From Nitrospirota bacterium (GTDB lineage Bacteria; Nitrospirota; Thermodesulfovibrionia; Thermodesulfovibrionales; Dissulfurispiraceae): a stretch of 32,000 nt of DNA. The stretch covers positions 76,721 to 108,720 of the forward strand of contig JBFMHE010000006.1 of assembly GCA_040752355.1 (NCBI GenBank). The letters run 5' to 3'. The stretch's first letter is position 1, and each line of letters starts with the position of its first letter. Below are positions 7,273 to 15,554 of this stretch, piece by piece. A model generated the notes under the pieces. That model was not told the DNA's origin. It saw only the letters and a list, made by a program, of their open reading frames with translations, and ran no database searches. The position numbers and the translations under genes are program-made.

Positions 7273-9294
7273 ATGGGTATGCTCGCAAAGAGAAAGAGAA
7301 AGGAGCCCGTAGTCCGGCCGCTCATTCCGCCTGACATCGGCCGGCAGGCCCGGCGCAATCATCCTGCCGTCACCTTCCTCAAGCCGGGTCTCAGGGAGCT
7401 CATGAAGAGAGCAACGGAAGCGGTACAGAAGACTCGTTCCTACTACGTAAGGGAACAGCACCCGGACGGCTACTGGTGGTACGAGCTCGAATCCAACGTC
7501 ACCATAACCGCCGAATACCTCATGCTCCTCCGCTTTCTCGGAGTCAGAAACGAGCACCGCGAGCAAAAGATGGCACGGCATGTCCTGAACCGGCAGCGGC
7601 CGGACGGCACCTGGTCCATTCACGCAGGCGGCAGGGGGGACCTCAGCACGACCATCGAGGCCTACTTCGCGCTGAAGCTCGCCGGCTATTCCGCCGACGA
7701 CCCGCTCCTGCGCAAAGCGCGCTCGTTCATCCTCGATGCAGGAGGGGTCGAGGCGTCACGGGTCTTCACGAAGATATTCCTCGCCCTCTTCGGCCAGTTC
7801 GAATGGAAGGCGATCCCCTCCATTCCGGTCGAGCTCATACTGCTGCCCGGCTGGTTTCCGTTCAACATCTACAGCTTCTCGAGCTGGGCGCGCTCCACCA
7901 TTGTGCCGCTCTCGGTCGTCCTGGAACAGAGGCCCGTAAAGCCGATTCCCGAAGCGAGCCAGGTGCGCGAGCTCTACCGCGATCAGCACCGGAGCCCTGC
8001 ACTGGCGGCCCAGCGCTTTTCATCGTTCTCGTGGAAGGGGTTCTTCATCCTCCTCGACCGTGCCGTGAAGATGATGGAGCGCGCGCCGGTGAGACCCCTC
8101 CGGAGAAAGGCCTTGAGCGTGATCGAGCGATGGATACTCGACCACCAGGACCCGACAGGAGACTGGGGCGGCATACAGCCGGCGATGGTGAACGCCCTGC
8201 TCGCCCTCGCCGTCCTCGACTACGATCCCTCGCACGAGGCGGTCAGAAGAGGGCTCGAAGCGCTCGAGCGGTTCACTATCGATAAGGAGGACGAACTGGT
8301 GCTCCAGTCGTGCATATCGCCGGTATGGGATACGGCGCTCACCGGGCTGGCGCTCCTCTCTTCGGGCATGGAGCGGGATGACGCCGTGCTCATGCGCGCC
8401 TGCCGGTGGCTCGCCGCGCGCCAGATCGGGGAGAGAGGGGACTGGAGCATCAAGAGACCCGATCTCGAACCCGGCGGGTGGGCCTTCGAGTTCGACAACT
8501 GCCGGTACCCCGATGTCGACGACACCGCCGCGGTGCTCATGTTCCTCACCCGGTATGCGGATACTTCCGCCGTCGACCGGGAGGCGCTCGAGCGCGGGGT
8601 CCGGTGGCTCCTCGGCATGCAGGGGAAAGACGGCGGATGGGGCGCCTTCGATGCGGACAACACGATGCGCATACTCAACCAGCTGCCCTTCGGCGACCTG
8701 GAGGCGATGATCGACCCGAGCACCGCCGACCTCACCGGAAGGGTGCTCGAGCTCCTCGGCATGATAGGGTACCCTTCTTCGCACGCTGCGGTGCAGAGCG
8801 CGATAGCCTTTCTCAAGAGAGAGCAGGACGCCGACGGTTCGTGGTGGGGACGGTGGGGAGTCAACTACCTTTACGGGACGAGCACCGTGCTGGCTGGCCT
8901 CGCCTCGATCGGCGAAGACATGACGCAGCCCTATATCAGGAGGGCGGTCCGGTGGCTCAAGGCGAACCAGAATACCGACGGCGGGTGGGGAGAGTGCTGC
9001 GAGTCGTACGGCGATGCGACCCTCAAGTGCATCGGGTCGAGCACCCCTTCGCAGACCGCCTGGGCGCTCCTTGCGCTCATCGCTGCCGGCGAAGCCGCCT
9101 GCAATGAAGCGACCCGCGGCGTTCAGTACCTCCTCGACCGGCAGCGCGCCGACGGGACCTGGGAGGAGGAGCACTTTACCGGCACGGGATTCCCGAAGTA
9201 TTTCATGATCCGCTACCACAATTACCGCAACTGCTTCCCGCTCATGGCGCTCGGGAAATTACTCTCCTTCTTCAAGGGGGGCACGGCCCCATGA
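7273..9294 (+). CDS. shc: Squalene-hopene cyclase
   Basis: The DxDDTA catalytic motif is present (YPDVDDTAAVLMF). There are multiple QW-type repeats: RQRPDGTWS, QGKDGGWGAF, EQDADGSWWGRWG, NQNTDGGWGE, RQRADGTWEEE. Start is taken at MGMLAKRK (7273). The 6562 start in the ORF track is an upstream read-through that overlaps hpnK and the EamA-like gene. Confidence 0.9.
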   Translation: MGMLAKRKRKEPVVRPLIPPDIGRQARRNHPAVTFLKPGLRELMKRATEAVQKTRSYYVREQHPDGYWWYELESNVTITAEYLMLLRFLGVRNEHREQKMARHVLNRQRPDGTWSIHAGGRGDLSTTIEAYFALKLAGYSADDPLLRKARSFILDAGGVEASRVFTKIFLALFGQFEWKAIPSIPVELILLPGWFPFNIYSFSSWARSTIVPLSVVLEQRPVKPIPEASQVRELYRDQHRSPALAAQRFSSFSWKGFFILLDRAVKMMERAPVRPLRRKALSVIERWILDHQDPTGDWGGIQPAMVNALLALAVLDYDPSHEAVRRGLEALERFTIDKEDELVLQSCISPVWDTALTGLALLSSGMERDDAVLMRACRWLAARQIGERGDWSIKRPDLEPGGWAFEFDNCRYPDVDDTAAVLMFLTRYADTSAVDREALERGVRWLLGMQGKDGGWGAFDADNTMRILNQLPFGDLEAMIDPSTADLTGRVLELLGMIGYPSSHAAVQSAIAFLKREQDADGSWWGRWGVNYLYGTSTVLAGLASIGEDMTQPYIRRAVRWLKANQNTDGGWGECCESYGDATLKCIGSSTPSQTAWALLALIAAGEAACNEATRGVQYLLDRQRADGTWEEEHFTGTGFPKYFMIRYHNYRNCFPLMALGKLLSFFKGGTAP

Positions 9295-10307
9295 GAGCGC
9301 TGGTGACCGGGGCAACGGGGTTCGTCGGCTTCCATGTGGCGAAGCTGCTCAGGGAGCAGGGCCTCGCCGTACGGGCGCTGGTGCGCAGGGGCAGCAGCGC
9401 CGTCCCGCTCGCGGCCCTGGGCGTCGAGCCCGTCATCGGCGACGTGCGGGACCTCCATTCACTGCAGCGTGCGGTGAAAGGATGCCGCTGCCTTTTTCAT
9501 CTCGCTGCCGACTACCGGCTCTGGGTCCCTGATCCCGAAACGATGTACGATATCAACGTCGGCGGGACCCGGAACGCCCTCCAGGCCGCGTTCGTTGAGG
9601 GTGTCGAGCGGGTGGTCTATACGAGCACCGTGGGCGTGCTGAAGACGAGCGTCGACGGCAGCATTGCGAACGAGGAGCAGCGCATTCCGGCAGATGCCAT
9701 GGTGGGCCATTACAAACGCTCGAAGCACCGCGCCGAAGAGGAGGTCTATCGCTTTATCGAGGCGGGTCTCCCGGCAGTGATCGTGAATCCGTCGACACCC
9801 ATAGGCCCGATGGACCGCAAGCCCACGCCCACGGGAAAGATCATCGTCGACTTCCTCAACGGGAAGATCCCCGCCTACCTCGACACCGGGATGAACTTCG
9901 TCGATGTCGCGGATGTGGCTATGGGCCATTGGCTCGCGGCGTGCAGGGGAAGGATAGGCGAGCGCTATATCCTCGGCAACAGGAACCTTTCGCTCAGGGA
10001 GTTCTTCGAGATACTGGCGGGAGTGACGCGGCGGAGGGCCCCCCGCATACGGCTGCCCTATGTCCCGGTGCTCCTCGCCGCCTATGTGAGCGAGGCGCTG
10101 GCGAATACCGTTACCGGCAGGCACCCCGCGATCCCGCTGACCGGCGTAAAAATGGCGCGGCGCTATATGTATTTCGACTGCTCGAAAGCCGTGCAGGAAC
10201 TGGACATGCCGCAGACGCCGGTCGAGCAGGCGGTCGAACGAGCGGTGGCCTGGTTCCGGGAAAACGGCTACGCGGGGATGGTCGTCAAGAGACGGAGCGC
10301 GGGATGA
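9291..10307 (+). CDS. hpnA: Hopanoid-associated NAD-dependent sugar epimerase/dehydratase HpnA
   Basis: Rossmann motif VTGATGFVGFHV and the SDR catalytic YxxxK (YKRSKHRAE). ATGA overlap with the shc stop (9291-9294). Confidence 0.75.
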   Translation: MRALVTGATGFVGFHVAKLLREQGLAVRALVRRGSSAVPLAALGVEPVIGDVRDLHSLQRAVKGCRCLFHLAADYRLWVPDPETMYDINVGGTRNALQAAFVEGVERVVYTSTVGVLKTSVDGSIANEEQRIPADAMVGHYKRSKHRAEEEVYRFIEAGLPAVIVNPSTPIGPMDRKPTPTGKIIVDFLNGKIPAYLDTGMNFVDVADVAMGHWLAACRGRIGERYILGNRNLSLREFFEILAGVTRRRAPRIRLPYVPVLLAAYVSEALANTVTGRHPAIPLTGVKMARRYMYFDCSKAVQELDMPQTPVEQAVERAVAWFRENGYAGMVVKRRSAG

Positions 10308-10341
10308 TTCCCGCCGGAACCCGGTCCCCACGGAGACGCTT

Positions 10342-11142
10342 ATGGCAAAAGAAACGAAGCCGGAGAGAAGACACGACAGAAAGCTCGGTGACGAGTGGTC
10401 CGACTGGGACGGCAGCAGCGGAGGGGAGCAGGGCATCGACGAGCGCCTCTCCACCTTCTTCGTCCTCGCCCTCTGCATACTGCTCGTCACGCTCGCCCTC
10501 ATTCCGGCAGGATGGTATTTGATAAAGCCGAGGGTGGTACAGCTGAGCCCGTCCCTCTCGGCAGTAATCGAGTGGTCTGTCCTGGCCGTGATCGGTGTCG
10601 TCTTCTTCATGGCGGCAGCCGAGGGGATCGCTTTCACGGTCTTCAGGAGGTCCCTGCTTCCCTACCGCTGGACAGAGCGGCTGCTGCTCGCCCTTCTTCC
10701 CGGGGCCGTCTGGCTCGGCGGCAAGCTCGGTATCAGCAGGGATAGGGTGGGCAGCTCATTCATCAAGGCGCACAACTCGCTCCTCGCGAGCAACCGCGGG
10801 GCAGTGAGTACCGAGCGGCTGCTGGTCCTGCTCCCGCGCTGCCTCAGCAGAGAGACGAGGGGTCATATCCTGGAGCGGTTCGGCGGCAGCAGCGCAGAGA
10901 TCGTCACCGCGGGAGGAGGAGAGGAAGCGAGAGCGGCGATCGCCAAACACCGGCCCACCCTCATCCTCGCCCTCGCCTGCGAGCGGGACCTGATGAGCGG
11001 ACTGAAGGACGTGGCGGAGAAGATACCCGTCCTCGCCGTGCCGAACAAAAGACCTGAAGGCCCCTGCAAGAACACGCTCGTCTCCCGTGAAGTGCTGGAT
11101 GAGGCGCTGCAGGTCATTTCCCACAGAGAAGAGGTTCGATGA
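10342..11142 (+). CDS. DUF116-like membrane protein (variant lacking the central Cys cluster)
   Basis: Two N-terminal TM helices. The C-terminal domain has LLPRCL, LALACERDL and EGPCKNTLV motifs resembling DUF116 (LPHCL...VAC..eL...gC.nT). ATGA overlap with the hpnH start (11139-11142). Confidence 0.5.
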   Translation: MAKETKPERRHDRKLGDEWSDWDGSSGGEQGIDERLSTFFVLALCILLVTLALIPAGWYLIKPRVVQLSPSLSAVIEWSVLAVIGVVFFMAAAEGIAFTVFRRSLLPYRWTERLLLALLPGAVWLGGKLGISRDRVGSSFIKAHNSLLASNRGAVSTERLLVLLPRCLSRETRGHILERFGGSSAEIVTAGGGEEARAAIAKHRPTLILALACERDLMSGLKDVAEKIPVLAVPNKRPEGPCKNTLVSREVLDEALQVISHREEVR

Positions 11143-12158
11143 GGTTTCCGGCGAGTCTCCATAGCGCCCTCACCCGCTGCTTCGTGCGCAACGCCCTCGC
11201 GGGCAGGAAGCGCTTTCCCCTGGTGCTCATGCTCGAGCCCACGCACCGCTGCAATCTCGCCTGCGCGGGCTGCGACCGGATACGGCTCCACCAGGAAGAG
11301 CAGGCCGCCGGTCTCTCGGCCGATCTATCGCTCGAGGAGTGCATCGACGCAGCGGTCGCCTCGGCCACACCGGTAGTGACCGTCACCGGAGGAGAGCCGC
11401 TGCTCTACCCCCGGCTCGTGCCCCTGGTGAGCGAGCTCCTGCGCATGAAGCGGCATGTCTATCTCTGCACCAACGGCATACTCGCCGGGTCCTTTATCGA
11501 TGTCTTCGCCCCTCATCCGCGGCTGACCCTGAATATCCACCTCGACGGCATGGAAAAGACCCACGACCGCGTCACGAACAGGGAGGGCGCCTTCAGGAGC
11601 GCCCTCCTCGTCATCCAGAAGGCGAAACAGAAGGGCTTCAGGGTGAGCACCAACACCTCGGTGTACAAGACGACCGACCCTGCCGATCTGGAGCGGCTCT
11701 TCGCCCTGCTCAAGAGGCTCCGTGTCGACGGGATCCTCGTTGCGCCGGCCTTCAGCTACGAGCGTGTCGAGGACGACATCTTCCTGAGCAGGGAGGAGGC
11801 GGTCGAGCGCTTCGGCATGATGGCCCGTCTGCTCGCGGAGACGCCCATCATGAACTCGCCCGTATACATGGAATTTCTGCAGGGGAGACGGGAGCTCCGC
11901 TGCACTCCCTGGGGCAACCCTACCCGCAACCCCCTCGGCTGGAAATCCCCCTGCTACCTGATCACGGACGGGTACTACCGCTCGTTCGGCGAGATGATGG
12001 AAAAGACGGCGTGGGACCGCTACGGGACGGGCAACGATCCCCGCTGCCGCGACTGCATGGTGCACAGCGGGTATGAGGCGACGGTGACGCGGCTCGCCTT
12101 CTCCGATCCGAGGGTGCTGCTCAGGCTCGCCCGATGGAATATGCAGCGGCCGCAATGA
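11139..12158 (+). CDS. hpnH: Adenosylhopane synthase, radical SAM protein HpnH
   Basis: RFPLVLMLEPTHRCNLACAGC, VTGGEPLLYP, and a C-terminal CTPWGNPTRNPLGWKSPCYL...CRDCMVHSGYE region (DUF3463-like). This is close to characterised HpnH sequences. Confidence 0.9.
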   Translation: MRFPASLHSALTRCFVRNALAGRKRFPLVLMLEPTHRCNLACAGCDRIRLHQEEQAAGLSADLSLEECIDAAVASATPVVTVTGGEPLLYPRLVPLVSELLRMKRHVYLCTNGILAGSFIDVFAPHPRLTLNIHLDGMEKTHDRVTNREGAFRSALLVIQKAKQKGFRVSTNTSVYKTTDPADLERLFALLKRLRVDGILVAPAFSYERVEDDIFLSREEAVERFGMMARLLAETPIMNSPVYMEFLQGRRELRCTPWGNPTRNPLGWKSPCYLITDGYYRSFGEMMEKTAWDRYGTGNDPRCRDCMVHSGYEATVTRLAFSDPRVLLRLARWNMQRPQ

Positions 12159-13024
12159 TCGACCGGGTCGTCTCGCTGCTCGCCGGCACGCTCTTCCTGC
12201 GGCCCTACGTGGCCGCCTTTTTCATTGTCTATCTCCTCGGCTGCTCGCTCCACCTCGGCATGAAGCGGGCGCTGCTCTTCGGCCTGATCGGCTACGGCAT
12301 CGCCTGGCTTTCGGAGCTCTCGTCCATCCATACCGGCATCCCCTACGGCGATTACTTCTACATCGAGACGACCAGGGGACAGGAGCTCTGGGTCCTCGGG
12401 GTGCCGCTCATGGATTCGGCGAGCTATGTGTTCCTCGCCTATGCGAGCTACTCCATGGCGCTGCTCGTGACCGCCCCGGTCATCCTCGTTCGCAAGCTCC
12501 CGTACCTCCTCGAGACGAGGGCGCTCAGGAGCGGGCTCTCCGTACGCCTCCTCGGCGCGCTCTTCTTCGTCTATCTCGATATCATCATCGACCCTGTCGC
12601 CCTGCAGGGGAGCCGCTGGTTCCTCGGCCAGATCTACGGCTACCCGGAGCAGGGTGTCTATTTCGGCGTGCCGATCTCGAACTTCATCGGCTGGTTCATT
12701 GTCGGGTTCCTCATGATCTGCGCCCTCCAGCGGATCGACGCGTTTCTCTACCGGAGGAACGCGCCTGATTGCGCCGGCTACGCCTATCCCTGGCGCTATC
12801 TCATCGGGCCCGCTCTCTACGGCAGCGTGCTGCTCTTCAACCTGGCGGTCACCTTTGCGATTGAAGACTATACGCTCGGGTGGGTAGGGATCTTCATCAT
12901 ACTGATGCCGGCGGTGCTGCTCGTCCGGCTCGTCAGGATGAAGTACCTGCACGGAGCGAACGATGAAGCGCTGAAGGCTCACCTCAGGGACTTCCCCGAG
13001 GCTGCAGTCCCCGGCTCGCAGTAG
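12155..13024 (+). CDS. Polytopic membrane protein, DUF422 / carotenoid-biosynthesis-protein (CruF-like) family
   Basis: About 7-8 TM helices. The motif HTGIPYGDYFYIETTRGQELWVLGVPLMDSASY resembles the TG.PFG.Y.Y...GVP signature of PF04240-type proteins. Start is chosen at the ATGA overlap with the hpnH stop (12155); the alternative is 12134. Confidence 0.5.
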   Translation: MIDRVVSLLAGTLFLRPYVAAFFIVYLLGCSLHLGMKRALLFGLIGYGIAWLSELSSIHTGIPYGDYFYIETTRGQELWVLGVPLMDSASYVFLAYASYSMALLVTAPVILVRKLPYLLETRALRSGLSVRLLGALFFVYLDIIIDPVALQGSRWFLGQIYGYPEQGVYFGVPISNFIGWFIVGFLMICALQRIDAFLYRRNAPDCAGYAYPWRYLIGPALYGSVLLFNLAVTFAIEDYTLGWVGIFIILMPAVLLVRLVRMKYLHGANDEALKAHLRDFPEAAVPGSQ

Positions 13025-13791
13025 GACTGCCGCATCCCGCTCAGGGCCTGCACCGCGCGCCAGAGCTGCATCGAGGCGGTCCGCGCGTTACGCCCCATTC
13101 TTATGCTGCAGGGAATGAGCCGGGGGTTCAGCAGGAGCCTGCGGAGGGCGCGGGAGGACCGGTATACGCCCTGCTCGTCCGTTACCGCAAAGAGCTCGGG
13201 GGGAATATCTTCCTCCGCGCTGTCGGTAACCGCCCGCACCGCCAGGAAGGGGATATCCTTGTTCACGGCATAGCGGGCCAGGGGATAGGTCTCCATATCG
13301 CATACGGGATGGGGGAGATCTTTCGGTATATGCGGCGCGAGAGCAGCCTTCGTCATCCTCTCGCCGATGGTGATAATGCTGCCCTCGCTGGCATCGAGCA
13401 TGCGGGCAATGCAGCGGACCGCTCCCCCTGCATCGGGGAGCTGGAGCGTATCTTTTATCATTGGTATCATCGGCATCCCGGGAGCGCCCGCCACGAGAAG
13501 GGAGACGCTCCGCGCGATGACGAGATCGCCGGTCGAAAGCCCGGGCCGCAGAGCGCCGCCGAACCCTATCGAGACGAGGCATCCGGGCGCATACGCATTG
13601 CAGACCTGCTCTACTGCGGCTTCGGCATTGCGCACTCCCATGCCGGTCCGGACTATGATGAGCTCATGAGCAGCGCAGGAACCGGAATACAGCGTAAAAG
13701 GAGGCGCCTTCGCGCGCAGCCTCACCGCAGCGGTCTTTCTTTTTATCTGCGCGATCTCCTGGGGGAATGCGGCAAACAGGGCTATCTTCAT
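12979..13791 (-). CDS. hpnG: Hopanoid-associated PNP/MTAN-family nucleosidase HpnG
   Basis: MKIALFAAFPQE...IIVRTGMGVRNAEAA...SIGFGGAL shows a PNP_UDP_1-type fold. Start is taken at the internal Met (13791), preceded by GGGAAG; the ORF track start is 13845. Convergent 46-nt overlap with the DUF422 gene. Confidence 0.7.
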   Translation of the reverse strand: MKIALFAAFPQEIAQIKRKTAAVRLRAKAPPFTLYSGSCAAHELIIVRTGMGVRNAEAAVEQVCNAYAPGCLVSIGFGGALRPGLSTGDLVIARSVSLLVAGAPGMPMIPMIKDTLQLPDAGGAVRCIARMLDASEGSIITIGERMTKAALAPHIPKDLPHPVCDMETYPLARYAVNKDIPFLAVRAVTDSAEEDIPPELFAVTDEQGVYRSSRALRRLLLNPRLIPCSIRMGRNARTASMQLWRAVQALSGMRQSYCEPGTAASGKSLR

Positions 13792-13893
13792 CTTCCCGGC
13801 ACGCTCGGCGCTGAATAACGGTCCATCGGCAAACGAGCACGTCATAAAAATTATAGCAGCTCAATCTCCACAGGGCCACAACCTAATGCAGTA

Positions 13894-14160
13894 GGGGTGT
13901 AATAAAAAGGTGACAAGAGGGAGGCAAGGCGGAGGAGGGGAAGGGGGTAGGGGAGGAGCAAATCGGGAGTATTTCGTGACGGCTCTTAGCGAAATGGAGC
14001 GTTAGGCTGCAGCACCTGTCTGAGGTCGGTGCGACCGAGTTGTGCTGCGGCAGCGTAATGAGCTTAGAGCCGTAGAAATCTCCCGTCTGAGCGGAGCCCC
14101 TGCCCTCTTCCCCGGCACCACATTGAGTGAGATGCTTGCCACCACCTTATAATTACACCC
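13894..14160 (+). other. About 267-nt imperfect foldback: candidate structured RNA or palindromic MITE
   Basis: Pairings read directly from the sequence. GGGTGTAAT 13895-13903 pairs with ATTACACCC 14152-14160. AAGGTG 13907-12 pairs with CACCTT 14143-48. GGCAAG 13923-28 pairs with CTTGCC 14135-40. GGGGAAGGGGG 13937-47 pairs with CCCTCTTCCCC 14103-13 (one G-U). GGGAG/ATTTC 13965-75 pairs with GAAAT/CTCCC 14075-84. ACGGCTCTTAGC 13979-90 pairs with GCTTAGAGCCGT 14062-73. GCTGCAGCAC 14006-15 pairs with GTGCTGCGGC 14042-51 (one U-G). The apical hairpin is GGTCG-GTG-CGACC at 14024-36. No ORF. Confidence 0.5.
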
Positions 14161-14218
14161 AAGTAGTTAATGCAAGTGCTTCATTGCATTTGTCCCTGAT
14201 TTCTGCTGTGATTTAAGT

Positions 14219-15382
14219 ATGATCGAGACTATTCTGGTGCTGCTCATTGCAGGCGGGAGCCTTTACCAGCTCTTTTCGCTCTTCTGCATCGTCTCTTTCT
14301 TCGGGCCCGGGATCACCGCGCAGGAAGAGGACACCGCGCTTCCCGCAGTATCCCTGCTGAAGCCCCTCTGCGGCACGGACCCGGAGCTGGAGAAGAACAT
14401 AAGGAGCTTCTGCGATCAGGACTATCCCGAATACGAAGTGCTCCTCGGATTTACCGACCCCGATGACAGCGGCCTGCCCGTTGCACGAGAGCACGCGCGC
14501 TCTCCGGAATGCATGCTCCGCGTTGTCGTAAGCTCCGGGACTCTCGGAACGAACCGCAAAGTATCCAACCTGCAGGGCCTCGCAGAGGCGGCGCAGTATC
14601 CGCTCCTGGCGATCAGCGACAGCGACATGAGAGCAGAGCGTACGTACCTTCGGCGGATCATTGAAGAATACCGGGCCGGCCGCCGGCGCGGGAGCAACGT
14701 CGGGCTGGTAACTTCACTCTACAAGATTTCCGATCCCCGCACCCCCGGCGCCGCTCTCGAGTCGCTCACGCTCGCCCTCGATTTCATACCCGCCGTGCTC
14801 GCGGTAGAACGCATGGAAGGGGTCACCTTCGGCCTGGGCGCTTCGATGCTCCTCTCGAAGCAGGCCCTCGAGGAGGTCGGGGGCTTCCCGGCCATCGCCA
14901 ACCACCTCGCCGACGACTACCAGATCGGCAACCGCTTATCGAAAAAGGGGTACGCCGTCGTCCTCTCGAAGTACGTGCTCGAAGACATTGCGGGCCCGAT
15001 GCGCATTGACGATCATGTCACCCATCAGCTCAGATGGGCGCGCACCTACCGGGCGTGCAGGCCGAAGGGTTACTGGGGGTACGGCGTCACCTATATCGTC
15101 CCCCTCGCCCTCCTGCTCCTCGCGGTCGAGGGGCCGACGCCTCGCGCGCTCTTGCTGTTCGGCGGGACCCTGGCGCTGAGACTGCTTACGGCGTTTGCGG
15201 TCTATCGGCGCATCATCCGCGCTCAGCGATGGCTGCGGTGGCTTCCGCTCATTCCGCTGAAGGATATACTGAGCTTCGGCATCTGGTTCCGGAGCCTCTG
15301 GGGGAATACGGTTCGCTGGAGAGGAGCGACGTTCCGCGTAGTAAAGGATGGATTGATCGAGCCGCTCCCCGAACGGCGCTGA
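14219..15382 (+). CDS. hpnI: Hopanoid-associated family-2/21 glycosyltransferase HpnI
   Basis: N-terminal TM helix, then PAVSLLKPLCGTDPELEKNIRSFCDQDYPEYEVLLG (ceramide-glucosyltransferase-like GT21 signature), ISDSDM (DxD) and QLRWARTYR (Q/RxxRW-like). 387 aa. Confidence 0.75.
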   Translation: MIETILVLLIAGGSLYQLFSLFCIVSFFGPGITAQEEDTALPAVSLLKPLCGTDPELEKNIRSFCDQDYPEYEVLLGFTDPDDSGLPVAREHARSPECMLRVVVSSGTLGTNRKVSNLQGLAEAAQYPLLAISDSDMRAERTYLRRIIEEYRAGRRRGSNVGLVTSLYKISDPRTPGAALESLTLALDFIPAVLAVERMEGVTFGLGASMLLSKQALEEVGGFPAIANHLADDYQIGNRLSKKGYAVVLSKYVLEDIAGPMRIDDHVTHQLRWARTYRACRPKGYWGYGVTYIVPLALLLLAVEGPTPRALLLFGGTLALRLLTAFAVYRRIIRAQRWLRWLPLIPLKDILSFGIWFRSLWGNTVRWRGATFRVVKDGLIEPLPERR

Positions 15383-15542
15383 GCCCATACAGAGAACGGC
15401 TCAGGGTATCTGCCTTGATACACGGAAATGAAGGGGAAAAATAAGACGAGCAGCACGGCGAGGACAATCTGGGGGGAGGTGACTGCCCAAGCCGGTGCCC
15501 GTCGCTGTACTATAACCGGCATCGTGGTCGTCTGTCAAATGG

Positions 15543-15554
15543 CCCCCCCCCCCC
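15543..15554. repeat. Homopolymeric C12 tract
   Basis: Counted directly: ggCCCCCCCCCCCCgtt. It is intergenic between hpnI and the 104-aa gene. Confidence 0.9.

Noticed and set aside
13894-14160. The foldback as 6S RNA, a riboswitch or a retron msr/msd.
   Set aside because: I could not identify the large central open-complex-like bubble and closing-stem pattern of 6S RNA, and it is longer than typical 6S. Its rod-like shape is unlike known riboswitch aptamers. No reverse transcriptase gene is nearby. It is left unclassified.
14169-14190. The small hairpin AATGCAA-gtgcttc-TTGCATT just upstream of hpnI as a regulatory element. Also the TAATGCA words flanking the foldback (13883-13889 and 14168-14174) as a target-site duplication.
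   Set aside because: The 7-bp AT-rich stem is weak. The repeated TAATGCA words are not directly adjacent to the foldback termini, so a TSD cannot be asserted.
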